From Lachnospiraceae bacterium (GTDB taxonomy: Bacteria > Bacillota > Clostridia > Lachnospirales > Lachnospiraceae): 64,000 nucleotides of DNA. Shown piece after piece: positions 1-9,257 of this stretch. Made by a program: the position numbers and the translations under genes. Positions within the stretch are counted from its first letter, which is position 1, and each line of letters begins with the position of its first letter. The stretch spans positions 1-64,000 of the forward strand of contig JAFRNR010000001.1 in assembly GCA_017430085.1 (NCBI GenBank). The letters run 5' to 3'. The notes below the pieces were generated by a model. That model searched no databases. It saw nothing but the letters and a program-made list of their open reading frames with translations, and was not told the DNA's origin.

Positions 1-2
1 GG

Positions 3-74
3 CTCCCACGGCGGCGGCCATGGATTCTGAGCCCGGAACACGCCATGGATATCTTTGCCAAAAGAATGATGTAA
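3..74 (+). CDS. 3' end of an upstream gene (partial, product unknown)
   Basis: An open frame runs in from the window edge and ends ...KRMM-TAA at 72-74. A hairpin and T-run follow. Confidence 0.2.
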   Translation, partial: LPRRRPWILSPEHAMDIFAKRMM

Positions 75-85
75 CAAAATAAGGC

Positions 86-120
86 GGAAACCGGTCTTCC
101 GGCTTCCGCCTTTTTTAAGT
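86..120. terminator. Rho-independent, probably bidirectional terminator
   Basis: Hairpin GGCGGAAACCGG-tctt-CCGGCTTCCGCC followed by T6. It lies between the convergent ends of the partial + gene and the - strand SGNH gene. Confidence 0.5.
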
Positions 121-126
121 CTGTTT

Positions 127-1206
127 TCAGAGCCCTATCTCAAGCATCAGGAACTTGATCAGGATCGTATAGAACGCCTCGTTGAAATGGAGACCGTCCT
201 CCAGATACAGCTCCTGCCGGACCATCCAGTGGCAGTCCACATAATGGACGCCCGTATCCTGGCAGACCAGCTTCAGCTGGGCGTCGTATTCCGGCTGGCG
301 GGCGACGTGGTAGTTTTCGTATTTGATGAAGCGGTCGGAGGCCGGCAGCATGCAGATCACGTAGATCTCCGTGTCCGGCAGGGCGCTTTTGACCCATTCG
401 ATGCGGCTGACGAACTGCCGGTAATACTCGGTGGGATCGTTGATGTACGTGCTCACGTTGTTGCAGCCGGTGAAGAAGATGAAGTAGTCCGGCAGGGTGT
501 CGATGGCGGCCTGGATCTGCGGGTCGAATTCGCCGATGGAAGCGCCCCGCTGGAACTTGACGTGATTTTCGTCAAACAGGTCGAAACTCACCAGGCCCTG
601 GGCCATGGAGTCCCCGGTAATGACTGCGGTGTCAAAGCGGCGGCGGACGGCGGCCAGTTCGTCGGGCGTGAAGAGGTCGATGTTCAGGGTCTGGATCTGC
701 TCCTGCAGAGAGGCCAGGACGATTTCCGGGGAGGGGCCGGGAGCCGTTGTAGGCGCGGGCTCCGTGGGGGGCTCGGGTTCCGCGGTGGTTTCAACGGGCG
801 GCTCGGCGGTAGTCTCCGCGGGCGGTTCCGTGGGAGCATCCGTGTGAGGTTCGGCGGTAGGACCGGCCGGTTCGGTCTCAGGCGGAACAGTCTCAGGCGG
901 TGCGGTTTCGGTCGGCGCCGTCGGAAGCGTTTCGGTGGGGGCAGGTTCCGTAGGGGCCGGCTCCGCGGTTCCGGAAGGCTCCGCCGTGGTGCCGGCGGAC
1001 GTGCTTTTCCTGGCTGCCCGGATCTGCGACTGCGCTTCGGCCGCGCTGCGCTCTCCGGCTTCGGATACGTAGACCCGGCCGGCCGGATCGGAGGCGTCTG
1101 TGCTCTCCGCGGGGCGGCGGGACAGCAGGAAGCCGGCCGCCAGCGCGACAAGCAGGACGGCGGTCAGAAGATAGGGAAGAAGAGAACGGAAACTGCGATG
1201 GTTCAT
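127..1206 (-). CDS. Secreted or membrane-anchored SGNH/GDSL-family hydrolase with a Pro/Thr/Glu-rich linker
   Basis: N-terminal hydrophobic anchor; long PTEPAPTE low-complexity linker; C-terminal domain with ITGDSMAQG (GDS-type) and DGLHF (DxxH-like) motifs. The start ATG overlaps the stop of the upstream gene (TAATG). Confidence 0.7.
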   Translation of the reverse strand: MNHRSFRSLLPYLLTAVLLVALAAGFLLSRRPAESTDASDPAGRVYVSEAGERSAAEAQSQIRAARKSTSAGTTAEPSGTAEPAPTEPAPTETLPTAPTETAPPETVPPETEPAGPTAEPHTDAPTEPPAETTAEPPVETTAEPEPPTEPAPTTAPGPSPEIVLASLQEQIQTLNIDLFTPDELAAVRRRFDTAVITGDSMAQGLVSFDLFDENHVKFQRGASIGEFDPQIQAAIDTLPDYFIFFTGCNNVSTYINDPTEYYRQFVSRIEWVKSALPDTEIYVICMLPASDRFIKYENYHVARQPEYDAQLKLVCQDTGVHYVDCHWMVRQELYLEDGLHFNEAFYTILIKFLMLEIGL

Positions 1207-2384
1207 TATCGGCCTGCCTGTTCTACGGCTTCGCCGAGCACCAGCGCCAGGGAGGTGTCGGCGGAGAAGGTGTTGATGTTGTAAAAATACAGGATCTGAT
1301 CGTATTCGTTCTGACGCATGAGCATCAGGAGGTCGTCGCTGTAATAGCGCGGATCCACGACGTCAACCGTTTCATACTCTGACAGCAGGAAAGGCAGGAA
1401 ACAGTTGAAGTAGGAATCCTTGAAGACCAGGAGGCGGCCGGCGCCGGCACGGTCCGTTTCAATGCGGACCAGGCCCTCGTTGCCGCCCAGGAAGACGGTG
1501 TAGGGGTCGTCGCTGTTCAGGCCGTCCCAGCTGTAGAGGCTGGCGCGCTTGCCCGCGCTGTCCGTGACCAGGATCACCGGTTCATCCTTCGGCTGCCAGA
1601 CGGAGATCGTGTCCCGCTCGCGCACGGCCAGCCCGCTTTTGGCGGACAGGGAGCCGCTGAACTGCGAGGTGACGGGCAGGAGTTCGCCTTCTGCCGTGAA
1701 CGTGCGCCCGAGCGTTTCCAGCACGGCCGGCGCGCAGGCCAGAGCCGCGTCCGTGGTCCAGTGATGGTCGGTGCGGTAATAGAGCGGCACGCCGTCCAGC
1801 CCTGCGATCTGCAGCGTGTTCTGCAGGTCTTTGAACCCGATGCCGGAGCCGTCCAGTTTCTCCGCGATCCGCGCCGAAAACGCCTCCTGGTCCGCGGTCG
1901 GCGCCCAGAGCGGCAGCTTGTCCTTCAGGACCGAGACCGCGTTGGGGACCAGGACCAGCTGCTGTGGCAGCGGGAAGAGCTCCGCGAAACTGCGCATCGC
2001 GTCCACGGTGCGGTTGACGACCGCGTCGTCCGGCGTCTCCATCTTTTCGAGCAGATATCCGTCGCTCCCGCGGTACACGCCCTGCGATTCATTCCGTCCG
2101 GCCAGCGAATCCGCGTAGACTTTCAGGTCCGTGAAGAATTCGCGGAACGGGATCTGGTCCGAGGCGTAATCCTCGAAATCGTTCGAATAATTCCCTTCCA
2201 GCACGCGGTCGGCCTGCGGCACCGGGAACGAAGTCAGCATGCGTTTTTCGCGCACGGAAAGCGTCCGGTCCGGCAGGACCAGGTTCAGCACGAAAAAGAC
2301 CAGGAACAGGAGGGCGAACAGGCCCGCCAGGATCCGGTAGTACTGATGATTGCCGCGTTTTCTGCTTCGGGATCCGTCCATCAC
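1206..2384 (-). CDS. DHHW-motif protein (DltD/AlgJ/PatB-like partner of MBOAT acyltransferases)
   Basis: N-terminal TM anchor and a DHHWTTD motif. It sits between the MBOAT and SGNH genes on the same strand. Confidence 0.7.
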   Translation of the reverse strand: MMDGSRSRKRGNHQYYRILAGLFALLFLVFFVLNLVLPDRTLSVREKRMLTSFPVPQADRVLEGNYSNDFEDYASDQIPFREFFTDLKVYADSLAGRNESQGVYRGSDGYLLEKMETPDDAVVNRTVDAMRSFAELFPLPQQLVLVPNAVSVLKDKLPLWAPTADQEAFSARIAEKLDGSGIGFKDLQNTLQIAGLDGVPLYYRTDHHWTTDAALACAPAVLETLGRTFTAEGELLPVTSQFSGSLSAKSGLAVRERDTISVWQPKDEPVILVTDSAGKRASLYSWDGLNSDDPYTVFLGGNEGLVRIETDRAGAGRLLVFKDSYFNCFLPFLLSEYETVDVVDPRYYSDDLLMLMRQNEYDQILYFYNINTFSADTSLALVLGEAVEQAGR

Positions 2385-2390
2385 AAGCCT

Positions 2391-3785
2391 CTAAAAGCGG
2401 AAATACAGGAACGGGTTATAGCTCTGGTAGACCAGGTAGGCCAGGCAGAGCACCAGGGTGACGGCCATCAGCGCCAGCGCGAGCGGCCGGCATTTTTCCG
2501 CCGTCTTTAAGTAAAGCAGGCGGACGAGCGGCGTGGAAGCCGCCGCCGCGATCAGCAGGGTGACCAGGGAGGTGAGCAGCAGGTACAGCGTCTGCGTATT
2601 GGCCAGGCCGGCCGCGCCGATGCCGAACATCTGGCCCAGGTATGCGCCCATCTGCGAAAAATCGGTGAAGGCGAAGATCACCCAGCCGATGATGAAGATA
2701 AAGCCCGTCATCACGTGCCCGGCCGCCCGGTGCCGCGCCAGGAAATTCCCCAGCACGTATTTTTCCAGGATCAGCCAGACCGCGTAATACAGGCCCCACA
2801 GCACGAAATTCCAGCTCGCGCCGTGCCAGAGCCCGGTGAGCGCCCAGACGATCAGGATGTTGCGGATGTGCCGCGCCGTCCCGACCCGGTTGCCGCCCAG
2901 CGGGATATACACGTAGTCGCGGAACCAGGAGCTCAGCGAAATGTGCCAGCGCCGCCAGAACTCCGTGACCGAGCCCGCGATGTACGGGAAATTGAAGTTC
3001 ATCGGGAAGCGGAAGCCCAGCATGTAGCCCAGACCGATGGCCATGTCCGAATACCCGCTGAAGTCGAAGTAGATCTGGAACGTGTACGCGACCGCGCCGA
3101 GCCAGACCATCAGGAAGCTGCGCTCCGCCGGCAACGTGCCGGAAATCAGCGTGAACAGCGAGCCGAGATTGTTGGCCAGCAGCACTTTTTTCGCAAGGCC
3201 GAGGATGAAATACTCCGCGCCCTTGCCGAAGGCCGCCGGCGTGACGCTGCGCTCCGTCAGGCGTGCCTCGATGTCCGTGTATTTGACGATCGGGCCCGCG
3301 ATCAGCTGCGGGAACATCGAAATGTACAGCGCGAACGCGGGCAGGCTCTTCTGGCAGCGCGCCTGGCCGCGGTACACGTCAAAGACGTAGGAGAGCGCCT
3401 GAAACGTATAAAATGAGATGCCGATCGGCAGCGAGAGCTTCAGCTCCGCCAGCGAAAGGCCGCCCAGCCGGTTGACCAGGCCGATCATCATGTTGGCGTA
3501 CTTGAAAAAGAAAAGGATGGCCAGATTCCAGAAGACCGCGAAAGCCAGATGCGCCCGCACCGGCCGCCCTTCTTCCCGCGCCTCGTCCATGAAGCGCACG
3601 AAGAAATAGTTGCCGCAGATGCTGATCATCATCAGGATCACGTAGACCGGCTCGCCCCAGGCATAGAAAAAGAGGCTGGCGGCCAGCAGGACGATATTCC
3701 GCGCGCGGACGGACCGCGCCAGATAGTACGCGGTCAGCGTGACCGGGAGGAAGTATAGAAGAAATGTGATGCTGCTGAAGACCAC
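2391..3785 (-). CDS. MBOAT-family membrane-bound O-acyltransferase (AlgI/DltB/PatA-like)
   Basis: 464 aa polytopic membrane protein with conserved His-containing MBOAT blocks (WRRWHISLSSW, GLWHGASWNF). Confidence 0.85.
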   Translation of the reverse strand: MVFSSITFLLYFLPVTLTAYYLARSVRARNIVLLAASLFFYAWGEPVYVILMMISICGNYFFVRFMDEAREEGRPVRAHLAFAVFWNLAILFFFKYANMMIGLVNRLGGLSLAELKLSLPIGISFYTFQALSYVFDVYRGQARCQKSLPAFALYISMFPQLIAGPIVKYTDIEARLTERSVTPAAFGKGAEYFILGLAKKVLLANNLGSLFTLISGTLPAERSFLMVWLGAVAYTFQIYFDFSGYSDMAIGLGYMLGFRFPMNFNFPYIAGSVTEFWRRWHISLSSWFRDYVYIPLGGNRVGTARHIRNILIVWALTGLWHGASWNFVLWGLYYAVWLILEKYVLGNFLARHRAAGHVMTGFIFIIGWVIFAFTDFSQMGAYLGQMFGIGAAGLANTQTLYLLLTSLVTLLIAAAASTPLVRLLYLKTAEKCRPLALALMAVTLVLCLAYLVYQSYNPFLYFRF

Positions 3786-3840
3786 GCTGCGGTTCCTTTG
3801 CTGTTTCTGGTTCGGGCCGGGCCCGCCCCTGCGGCGGAGC

Positions 3841-4335
3841 TTACCGGGCCAGCGCGCGCCGGAACGCGCTCTGCGCCTGATAGCTGTTTAAGTCGCAGAC
3901 GTAAAGGCAGTAGGTGCCCTGCACGTCCACGACGGCCTTGCGGATCAGTGCCATCTGCTCGACGCCGTAGGATTCGAAAATGCCGGTCTGGTCCTGGATG
4001 CGCTTCCGCATCGCCTCCGCAGCCGCCTCCGCCTGCTCCTCCGTGCGGCAGCGCACGAGCAGCAGTTCCTGGGCGTCCATGTTGGAGACGGGGATGTAGA
4101 GGAGGACTTCCGCGTAATCGTTCGCGTCCAGACCATAGAGGGAGCGGAGCTTCATCGCGCCGGCCTCTTTCATGTTTTCGGCGCCTGCGAGCTGCTCCAG
4201 GACCGGGCCTTTGAGGTCGGAGAGGGGCACGTCGTCCCGCACGCGGCCGCGCACGCACAGCGCGATAAAGACGATGAGGGCCACCATCATCAGGACTTCC
4301 GCGCAGACCAGTTTGTGGGCTTTGAAAAACTGCAT
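3841..4335 (-). CDS. DUF4358-like membrane-anchored protein
   Basis: 164 aa with an N-terminal TM segment. It is the first gene of the - strand block upstream of the MBOAT gene. Family assignment is from recalled sequence features. Confidence 0.5.
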   Translation of the reverse strand: MQFFKAHKLVCAEVLMMVALIVFIALCVRGRVRDDVPLSDLKGPVLEQLAGAENMKEAGAMKLRSLYGLDANDYAEVLLYIPVSNMDAQELLLVRCRTEEQAEAAAEAMRKRIQDQTGIFESYGVEQMALIRKAVVDVQGTYCLYVCDLNSYQAQSAFRRALAR

Positions 4336-4571
4336 TTTATGCCTCCGAAAACGTCTATTAGTCTATCACCGGCGCGGGAAAGTGTCAAGAATCGCGGCGG
4401 CTCCGGCCGGGAGCCGAAAAGCGGCGCGGCGGCCGCAAATCGATGCAGTTTCTTCCGGATTTGTCTTGTTTTTCAGGCGCGGATTTGATACAGTAAAAAA
4501 GAAGAAAGTCTCCGGCATCCGCAAAAGTCCGGAGTGAGAACGGCCGAGAGCCGTATGAGGAGGATAAACCA

Positions 4572-5567
4572 ATGAGCAGTTTTATCGAGGAAGTCAAAGC
4601 CAAAGCAGCGGCCGACAGGAAGAAGATCGTTCTGCCGGAATCCAATGACAAGCGTACCTATGACGCCATCCAGCTGATCAAGAAGGAAGGCTTTGCCGAC
4701 CTGGTGCTGATCGCTTCCGCCGAGGACATCAAGACCTACGGCGCCGGCTATGATCTTTCCGGCGTGGAGATCGTGGACCCGTTCACCGATCCCCGGACCG
4801 ACGCGTATGCGGAGAAATTCGCCGAGCTGCGCAAGAGCAAGGGCATGACCTTCGAGCAGGCCCTGGGCATCCTGAAGAAGGACTACACCTATTACGGCGT
4901 CATGATGGTCAAAGTGGGCGATGCGGACGGCATGGTCTCCGGTGCCTGCCACACCACGGCGGACACCCTGCGCCCCTGCCTGCAGATCTTAAAGACCGCG
5001 CCCGGCGTGAAGACCGTTTCCTCCTTCTTCCTGATGATCGTGCCCAACTGCCCGTACGGCGAAAACGGCACGCTGGTGTTCGCGGACTGCGGCCTGGTGC
5101 AGAACCCCACCTCCGAAGAACTGGCCACCATCGCCGGCTCCAGCGCGGCCACCTTTGAGAAGATGGTCGGCAAAGAGCCCCGCGTGGCGCTGCTGAGCCA
5201 TTCCACCATGGGCTCCGCGAAGCACGACGACATCACGAAGGTTGTCGAAGCCGTGAAGATCGCGAAGGCCGAATATCCGCAGTACATGATCGACGGCGAG
5301 CTGCAGCTGGATGCGGCCATCGTCCCGAAGGTAGGCGCCTCCAAGGCTCCGAACAGCCCCGTGGCCGGCAAGGCCAACGTGCTGGTCTTCCCGGATCTGG
5401 ACGCCGGCAACATCGGCTACAAGCTGGTGCAGCGCTTCGCCAACGCCGAAGCGTACGGCCCTGTCTGCCAGGGTCTGGCCAAGCCCGTCAACGACCTGTC
5501 CCGCGGCTGCAGCGCCGAGGACATCGTCGGCGTGGTCGCCATCACCGCCCTGCAGGCGCAGGCATAA
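4572..5567 (+). CDS. pta: phosphate acetyltransferase (phosphotransacetylase; phosphate butyryltransferase not excluded)
   Basis: 331 aa. The N-terminal KKIVLPESNDKR block and overall PTA_PTB-family architecture match. GAGG RBS upstream. Confidence 0.8.
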   Translation: MSSFIEEVKAKAAADRKKIVLPESNDKRTYDAIQLIKKEGFADLVLIASAEDIKTYGAGYDLSGVEIVDPFTDPRTDAYAEKFAELRKSKGMTFEQALGILKKDYTYYGVMMVKVGDADGMVSGACHTTADTLRPCLQILKTAPGVKTVSSFFLMIVPNCPYGENGTLVFADCGLVQNPTSEELATIAGSSAATFEKMVGKEPRVALLSHSTMGSAKHDDITKVVEAVKIAKAEYPQYMIDGELQLDAAIVPKVGASKAPNSPVAGKANVLVFPDLDAGNIGYKLVQRFANAEAYGPVCQGLAKPVNDLSRGCSAEDIVGVVAITALQAQA

Positions 5568-5658
5568 GCCGCACCGCATGATGGGGGGCGCCGCAAGGCG
5601 CCCCTTTCTCTATGGTACCGCCCGGAAAAGGGAGGAAAACAGGGATAGAGGAGAAGAT

Positions 5659-7449
5659 ATGAAGAGAGCATCGTTTGTGATCCTGCTGTGCCTTGTGCTG
5701 GCCCTGCTGCCGGCAGGCTGCGGCGCCGGTCAGAAAGAAATCATAGTTCCGGTACCTGCCGCAACGACGATCGGCGGGCAGAAGGAGCAGACAACGGAGG
5801 TTCCGGCTTCGACAGCTCCGGCTACGGAAGCGCCGGCCACGGAGGCACCGACAACGGAGGCGCCGGCCACGGAAGCACCGGCCACGGAAGCGCCCGCTAC
5901 AGAAACTCCTGTCACCGAACCGCCTGCTACCGAACCGCCCGCCACGGAAGCGCCCACTACGGAAGAACCCGCCACGGAAGCGCCCACCACCGAACCGCCC
6001 ACCACGGAAGCGCGGACGGGCCTGTCCGCCGTTGCCGCCTATTACGCGGACTATCTGCGGGCCCACTGGGATGAGCTGGACATGACGCGGCACTACGACC
6101 AGTTCTATTACGACGTCTGCGCCTCGTACCGCAACGTGGCTTTATTCGACGTGACGGGGGACGGCACCCCGGAGATGCTCCTGATCTGCCATGACCCCGA
6201 CAGCTCGAACAATGTGATGTGCTTCCGCGTCATCACCGCCGACGCGAACGGCGCCCGCGAGATGACCAAACCGAACGGCGACAAGATCATGAACCTGTTC
6301 TGGGACCAGACCTTCCCGCACGACATGACCGACGCGGCGCTGTTCGCCCGCGGGACCACGCTGTATTTTTACCGCAAAGCCGTTGCGGGAGAACGCGATT
6401 ACAGCTTCACGTCTGAAGAGTTCGGGCGGCTGACTTATCAGAGGGATACCGGAAACCTGCTGTGGGAGATCGCCCTCTACTGGGAGCAGAAGACGACGCC
6501 TTCCGGCACGGAGATCCTGTACCAGGCGGAAGAAAAGGATATCGACGAGGCATCGTATCATTCTCTCAAAACGCAGCTACTGGATTCCGCCGGAACGTGC
6601 GTGTTTTACGGGATGCCGTACTATTTCTCCGCGCCGGCTTATGAGGAAGTGAACCCCGACCTCGCGGATTACATTGCCGTGAAGCCGTCGGACGCGCTGG
6701 CCCATCTGGAGTCCGTTGCGGAAGTGCCCGTTCCGGTGGCGCCGACCGCGGAAACGCGGACGGGGCTGGCCGCGGCGGCCGGGGATTATGCGGAGTATCT
6801 GCGGACACACACTTATGATCTGGATCTGACGCAGATCCCTTACGCAGACGCGTCATATCTCAACGTGGCTTTTTACGACGTGACGGGCGATGGCGTGCCG
6901 GAAATGCTGCTGATCTGCTATGTGCCTCACGAGTTCCTGCCGACGATGTGCCTCCGCGTGATCACGGCGGACGGGTCCGGCGCGCACGAAATGACAAAAC
7001 CGAACGGCGACAGTCTGATCAAACTGTTCTGGGATCAGACCATGGCCGGAGGCGGATCGGATACCGTGCTGTTCGCCCGGGATTCCGTCCTGTATTTCTA
7101 CCGCATTTCATTCGGCGACGGCCTGGGCAGCTGGGAAGAGGAGACCGGGCGTCTGGCCCGCAGCGATAACGGAAAGAATCTGTATTGGGACATCGCCCTG
7201 GAATACAAATGGTGGGCAGTGGATTATCAGACGGAAATGTTCCAGTATCAGGCGGAAGAAAAGGACGTGGCGGAAGAGACATATTATACTCTTAAGGAAA
7301 GCCTTCTGGGTTCCGCGGATACGTTCATTTTCTACGGGATGCACGGGTCGATGGGAAAACATGCATATGACGAAGTAAACACCGATTTTTCCGACTACAT
7401 CGCCATGACGGTTTCGGAAGCCCTGGACTATCTGGACAGCCTTCGCTGA
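5659..7449 (+). CDS. Lipoprotein with Pro/Thr-rich linker and an internally duplicated ~290-aa domain (unknown function)
   Basis: Signal peptide with lipobox LLPAGC. Start at the internal ATG 5659 (GGAG RBS) rather than ORF-track 5578. (ATEAPATE)n linker. Two homologous halves share the motifs VTGDGxPEMLLIC, LFARxxxLYFYR and LYWxIAL. Confidence 0.65.
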   Translation: MKRASFVILLCLVLALLPAGCGAGQKEIIVPVPAATTIGGQKEQTTEVPASTAPATEAPATEAPTTEAPATEAPATEAPATETPVTEPPATEPPATEAPTTEEPATEAPTTEPPTTEARTGLSAVAAYYADYLRAHWDELDMTRHYDQFYYDVCASYRNVALFDVTGDGTPEMLLICHDPDSSNNVMCFRVITADANGAREMTKPNGDKIMNLFWDQTFPHDMTDAALFARGTTLYFYRKAVAGERDYSFTSEEFGRLTYQRDTGNLLWEIALYWEQKTTPSGTEILYQAEEKDIDEASYHSLKTQLLDSAGTCVFYGMPYYFSAPAYEEVNPDLADYIAVKPSDALAHLESVAEVPVPVAPTAETRTGLAAAAGDYAEYLRTHTYDLDLTQIPYADASYLNVAFYDVTGDGVPEMLLICYVPHEFLPTMCLRVITADGSGAHEMTKPNGDSLIKLFWDQTMAGGGSDTVLFARDSVLYFYRISFGDGLGSWEEETGRLARSDNGKNLYWDIALEYKWWAVDYQTEMFQYQAEEKDVAEETYYTLKESLLGSADTFIFYGMHGSMGKHAYDEVNTDFSDYIAMTVSEALDYLDSLR

Positions 7450-7460
7450 GAACAGGACAT

Positions 7461-7512
7461 AAATAAAAAAACAGTGCCATTGGGGACGGTTCCCGGCGGC
7501 ACTGTTTTTTTG
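7461..7512. terminator. Bidirectional rho-independent terminator
   Basis: A-run, then stem CAGTGCC...GGCACTG, then T7. It lies between the convergent lipoprotein (+) and aroQ (-) genes. Confidence 0.6.
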
Positions 7513-7542
7513 TGCGGTCAGGCGGTCGGCGCGGTCAGGCGG

Positions 7543-7980
7543 TCATCTTCCGGCCAGGCGCCGCTTCAGGTATTCCAGACCCTTTTTGTAGCCTTCGGGG
7601 CCGAGGCCGGCATAGGTGATCTCGCAGGCCGGCGCGGTGTAGGAGATGCGGCGGAAGGGTTCGCGGCGCGTGATGTCCGTCAGGTGGACTTCGACGGCGG
7701 GGAGGCCGACGGCGCGCAGGGCGTCGGGGATGGCGATGCTGGTGTGGGTGTAGGCGGCGGGGTTGATGAGGATGCCGTCGTATTGGCCGGGCGCGTCCTG
7801 GATGGCGTCGACGAGGGCGCCTTCGTGGTTGGACTGGAAAAATTCGACGGAAAGGTCGAGTTCCGCGGCCCAGGCGCGGATCATGTCCAGCAGTTCGGCG
7901 TAGGTGGTGCGGCCGTAGACGGCGGGTTCGCGGACGCCGAGGAGGTTCAGGTTGGGGCCGTTGATGACAAGGATGTTCAT
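7543..7980 (-). CDS. aroQ: 3-dehydroquinate dehydratase, type II
   Basis: 145 aa; NGPNLNLLGVREPAVYG signature. Confidence 0.9.
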   Translation of the reverse strand: MNILVINGPNLNLLGVREPAVYGRTTYAELLDMIRAWAAELDLSVEFFQSNHEGALVDAIQDAPGQYDGILINPAAYTHTSIAIPDALRAVGLPAVEVHLTDITRREPFRRISYTAPACEITYAGLGPEGYKKGLEYLKRRLAGR

Positions 7981-7989
7981 GGGAGTACC

Positions 7990-9213
7990 TCAGAGGGATG
8001 ACAGGGCCGGGAGGAGACTGTCTCCGAACGATACTGCGGGGTCGCCGTCGATGGTAACGTCGGCGAAGGCCTCGTAGAGGGGTTTTCTTTCTTCGTACAG
8101 GGCGGCGAGGTCCGGGCGGTGGAAGAGGGGCTTGGAGGAGATGTCCAGGTCTTCGGGATCGCGGCGGAGCCAGATCAGGAGGCCGTTCTGGTGCAGGAGG
8201 GGGTAGTTCTCCGGGCGGGTCACGGCGCCGCCGCCGGTGGCGAGGACGGCGCCGGAGAGGGCGCCGAGGCGGCGGAGGACCGCAGTCTCTTTTTCGCGGA
8301 AAGCGGGTTCGCCGAAGCGGCGGATGAACAGTTCGGGGGAGATGCCTTCGGCCTGCTCGAATTCGCGGTCGCTGTCATAGACCGGGCGGCCGAGGGCTTC
8401 GCCGAGGCGGCGGGCGGCGGTGCTTTTGCCGCTGCCGGGCATGCCGATCAGGATGAGGTTCTGCTGCGCGCGGCTGATCTTCTGCGTGATCGGGGCGATG
8501 CAGTCCGGACTCAGGTCCGTCGCGCCCCACAGCCTGCTGCTGTAATACGCCTGCGCGGTCAGCATGGGGAAGCCGTTGACGGCGGGGATCCCGAGCTGCT
8601 CCGCCTCCATCAGCAGGACGGTGCGTGCGGGGTTGTAGATCAGGTCGATGACGCCTTCGAGGGCGGGGAATGCCGCGAGGGACAGGGGCGATGAGCCGTT
8701 GTCCGGGTACATGCCGACGGGCGTGGTGTTGACGAGGAAAGCTGCGTCACGGTGCTTGTCCAGATTCCCGTAATGGTCCTGCCCGGAGCGGGAGATGACG
8801 GCGGGCTGCGCGCCCAGCTCCCGCAGGACGGCCTGCACGGTGACGGAGGCGCCGCCGCTGCCGAGGACCAGGACTTTCCGGCCGGCGGGGGCGAAGCCGC
8901 TCTGCTCCAGCAGATGGCGGAAGCCCGCATAGTCCGTGTTGTCGCCGTAGAGCGAGCCGTCGGCGCGGCGCAGGATCGTGTTGACGCTGCCCAGGGTGCG
9001 GGCGAGCGGGGAGAGGCCGTCCAGGTAAGGGAGGACGGCCTTTTTATAGGGGACAGTCACGTTGCAGCCGCGGAAGGGGGCGGTGCGGAGGAAGGTTTCG
9101 AGGTCTTCGGGGGGCGTTTCCCAGAGCGCATACGAATACTCCCCCAGCATCCGGTGGATGGCGGGAGAGCAGCTGTGGGAGAGGGGGTTGCCCAGAAGGC
9201 CGTAAGGGTCCAT
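7990..9213 (-). CDS. aroE-aroK: Bifunctional shikimate dehydrogenase / shikimate kinase (AroE-AroK fusion)
   Basis: The N-terminal ~240 aa are AroE-like (GNPLSHSxSP). The C-terminal ~165 aa have a P-loop GMPGSGKST and shikimate-kinase-like sequence. One continuous frame. Confidence 0.85.
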   Translation of the reverse strand: MDPYGLLGNPLSHSCSPAIHRMLGEYSYALWETPPEDLETFLRTAPFRGCNVTVPYKKAVLPYLDGLSPLARTLGSVNTILRRADGSLYGDNTDYAGFRHLLEQSGFAPAGRKVLVLGSGGASVTVQAVLRELGAQPAVISRSGQDHYGNLDKHRDAAFLVNTTPVGMYPDNGSSPLSLAAFPALEGVIDLIYNPARTVLLMEAEQLGIPAVNGFPMLTAQAYYSSRLWGATDLSPDCIAPITQKISRAQQNLILIGMPGSGKSTAARRLGEALGRPVYDSDREFEQAEGISPELFIRRFGEPAFREKETAVLRRLGALSGAVLATGGGAVTRPENYPLLHQNGLLIWLRRDPEDLDISSKPLFHRPDLAALYEERKPLYEAFADVTIDGDPAVSFGDSLLPALSSL

Positions 9214-9257
9214 GAAATACCTCGGGGTTGCGGGCGGCCGATGGCCGTTCCTATACG

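Noticed and set aside
187-1284. 365-aa + strand ORF antisense to the SGNH hydrolase gene. Similar long antisense ORFs include 11756-13216, 13887-15809 (640 aa), 16878-17933, 18226-19425, 20122-21126, 20966-22255, 23272-24435, 24790-25581, 25586-26527, 27063-28079, 28119-29306, 29204-30451, 32319-33728, 34136-35758, 53567-55147 and 55963-59223 (1086 aa).
   Set aside because: Each lies opposite a gene with clear conserved motifs. Their translations are Arg/Gly/Ala/Pro-rich low-complexity strings, typical of stop-poor antisense frames in GC-rich DNA. None has a plausible RBS or recognisable domain.
5578-5658. Upstream start codons for the lipoprotein (5578), YdjG-like (13761), argD (22345), argC (25557), lipoprotein (26625), pcp (31277), MMPL (50595) and nifJ (55690) ORF-track calls.
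   Set aside because: Internal ATGs preceded by GGAG-type RBSs give canonical N-termini (signal peptides, conserved first motifs). The extensions run into upstream genes or terminators.
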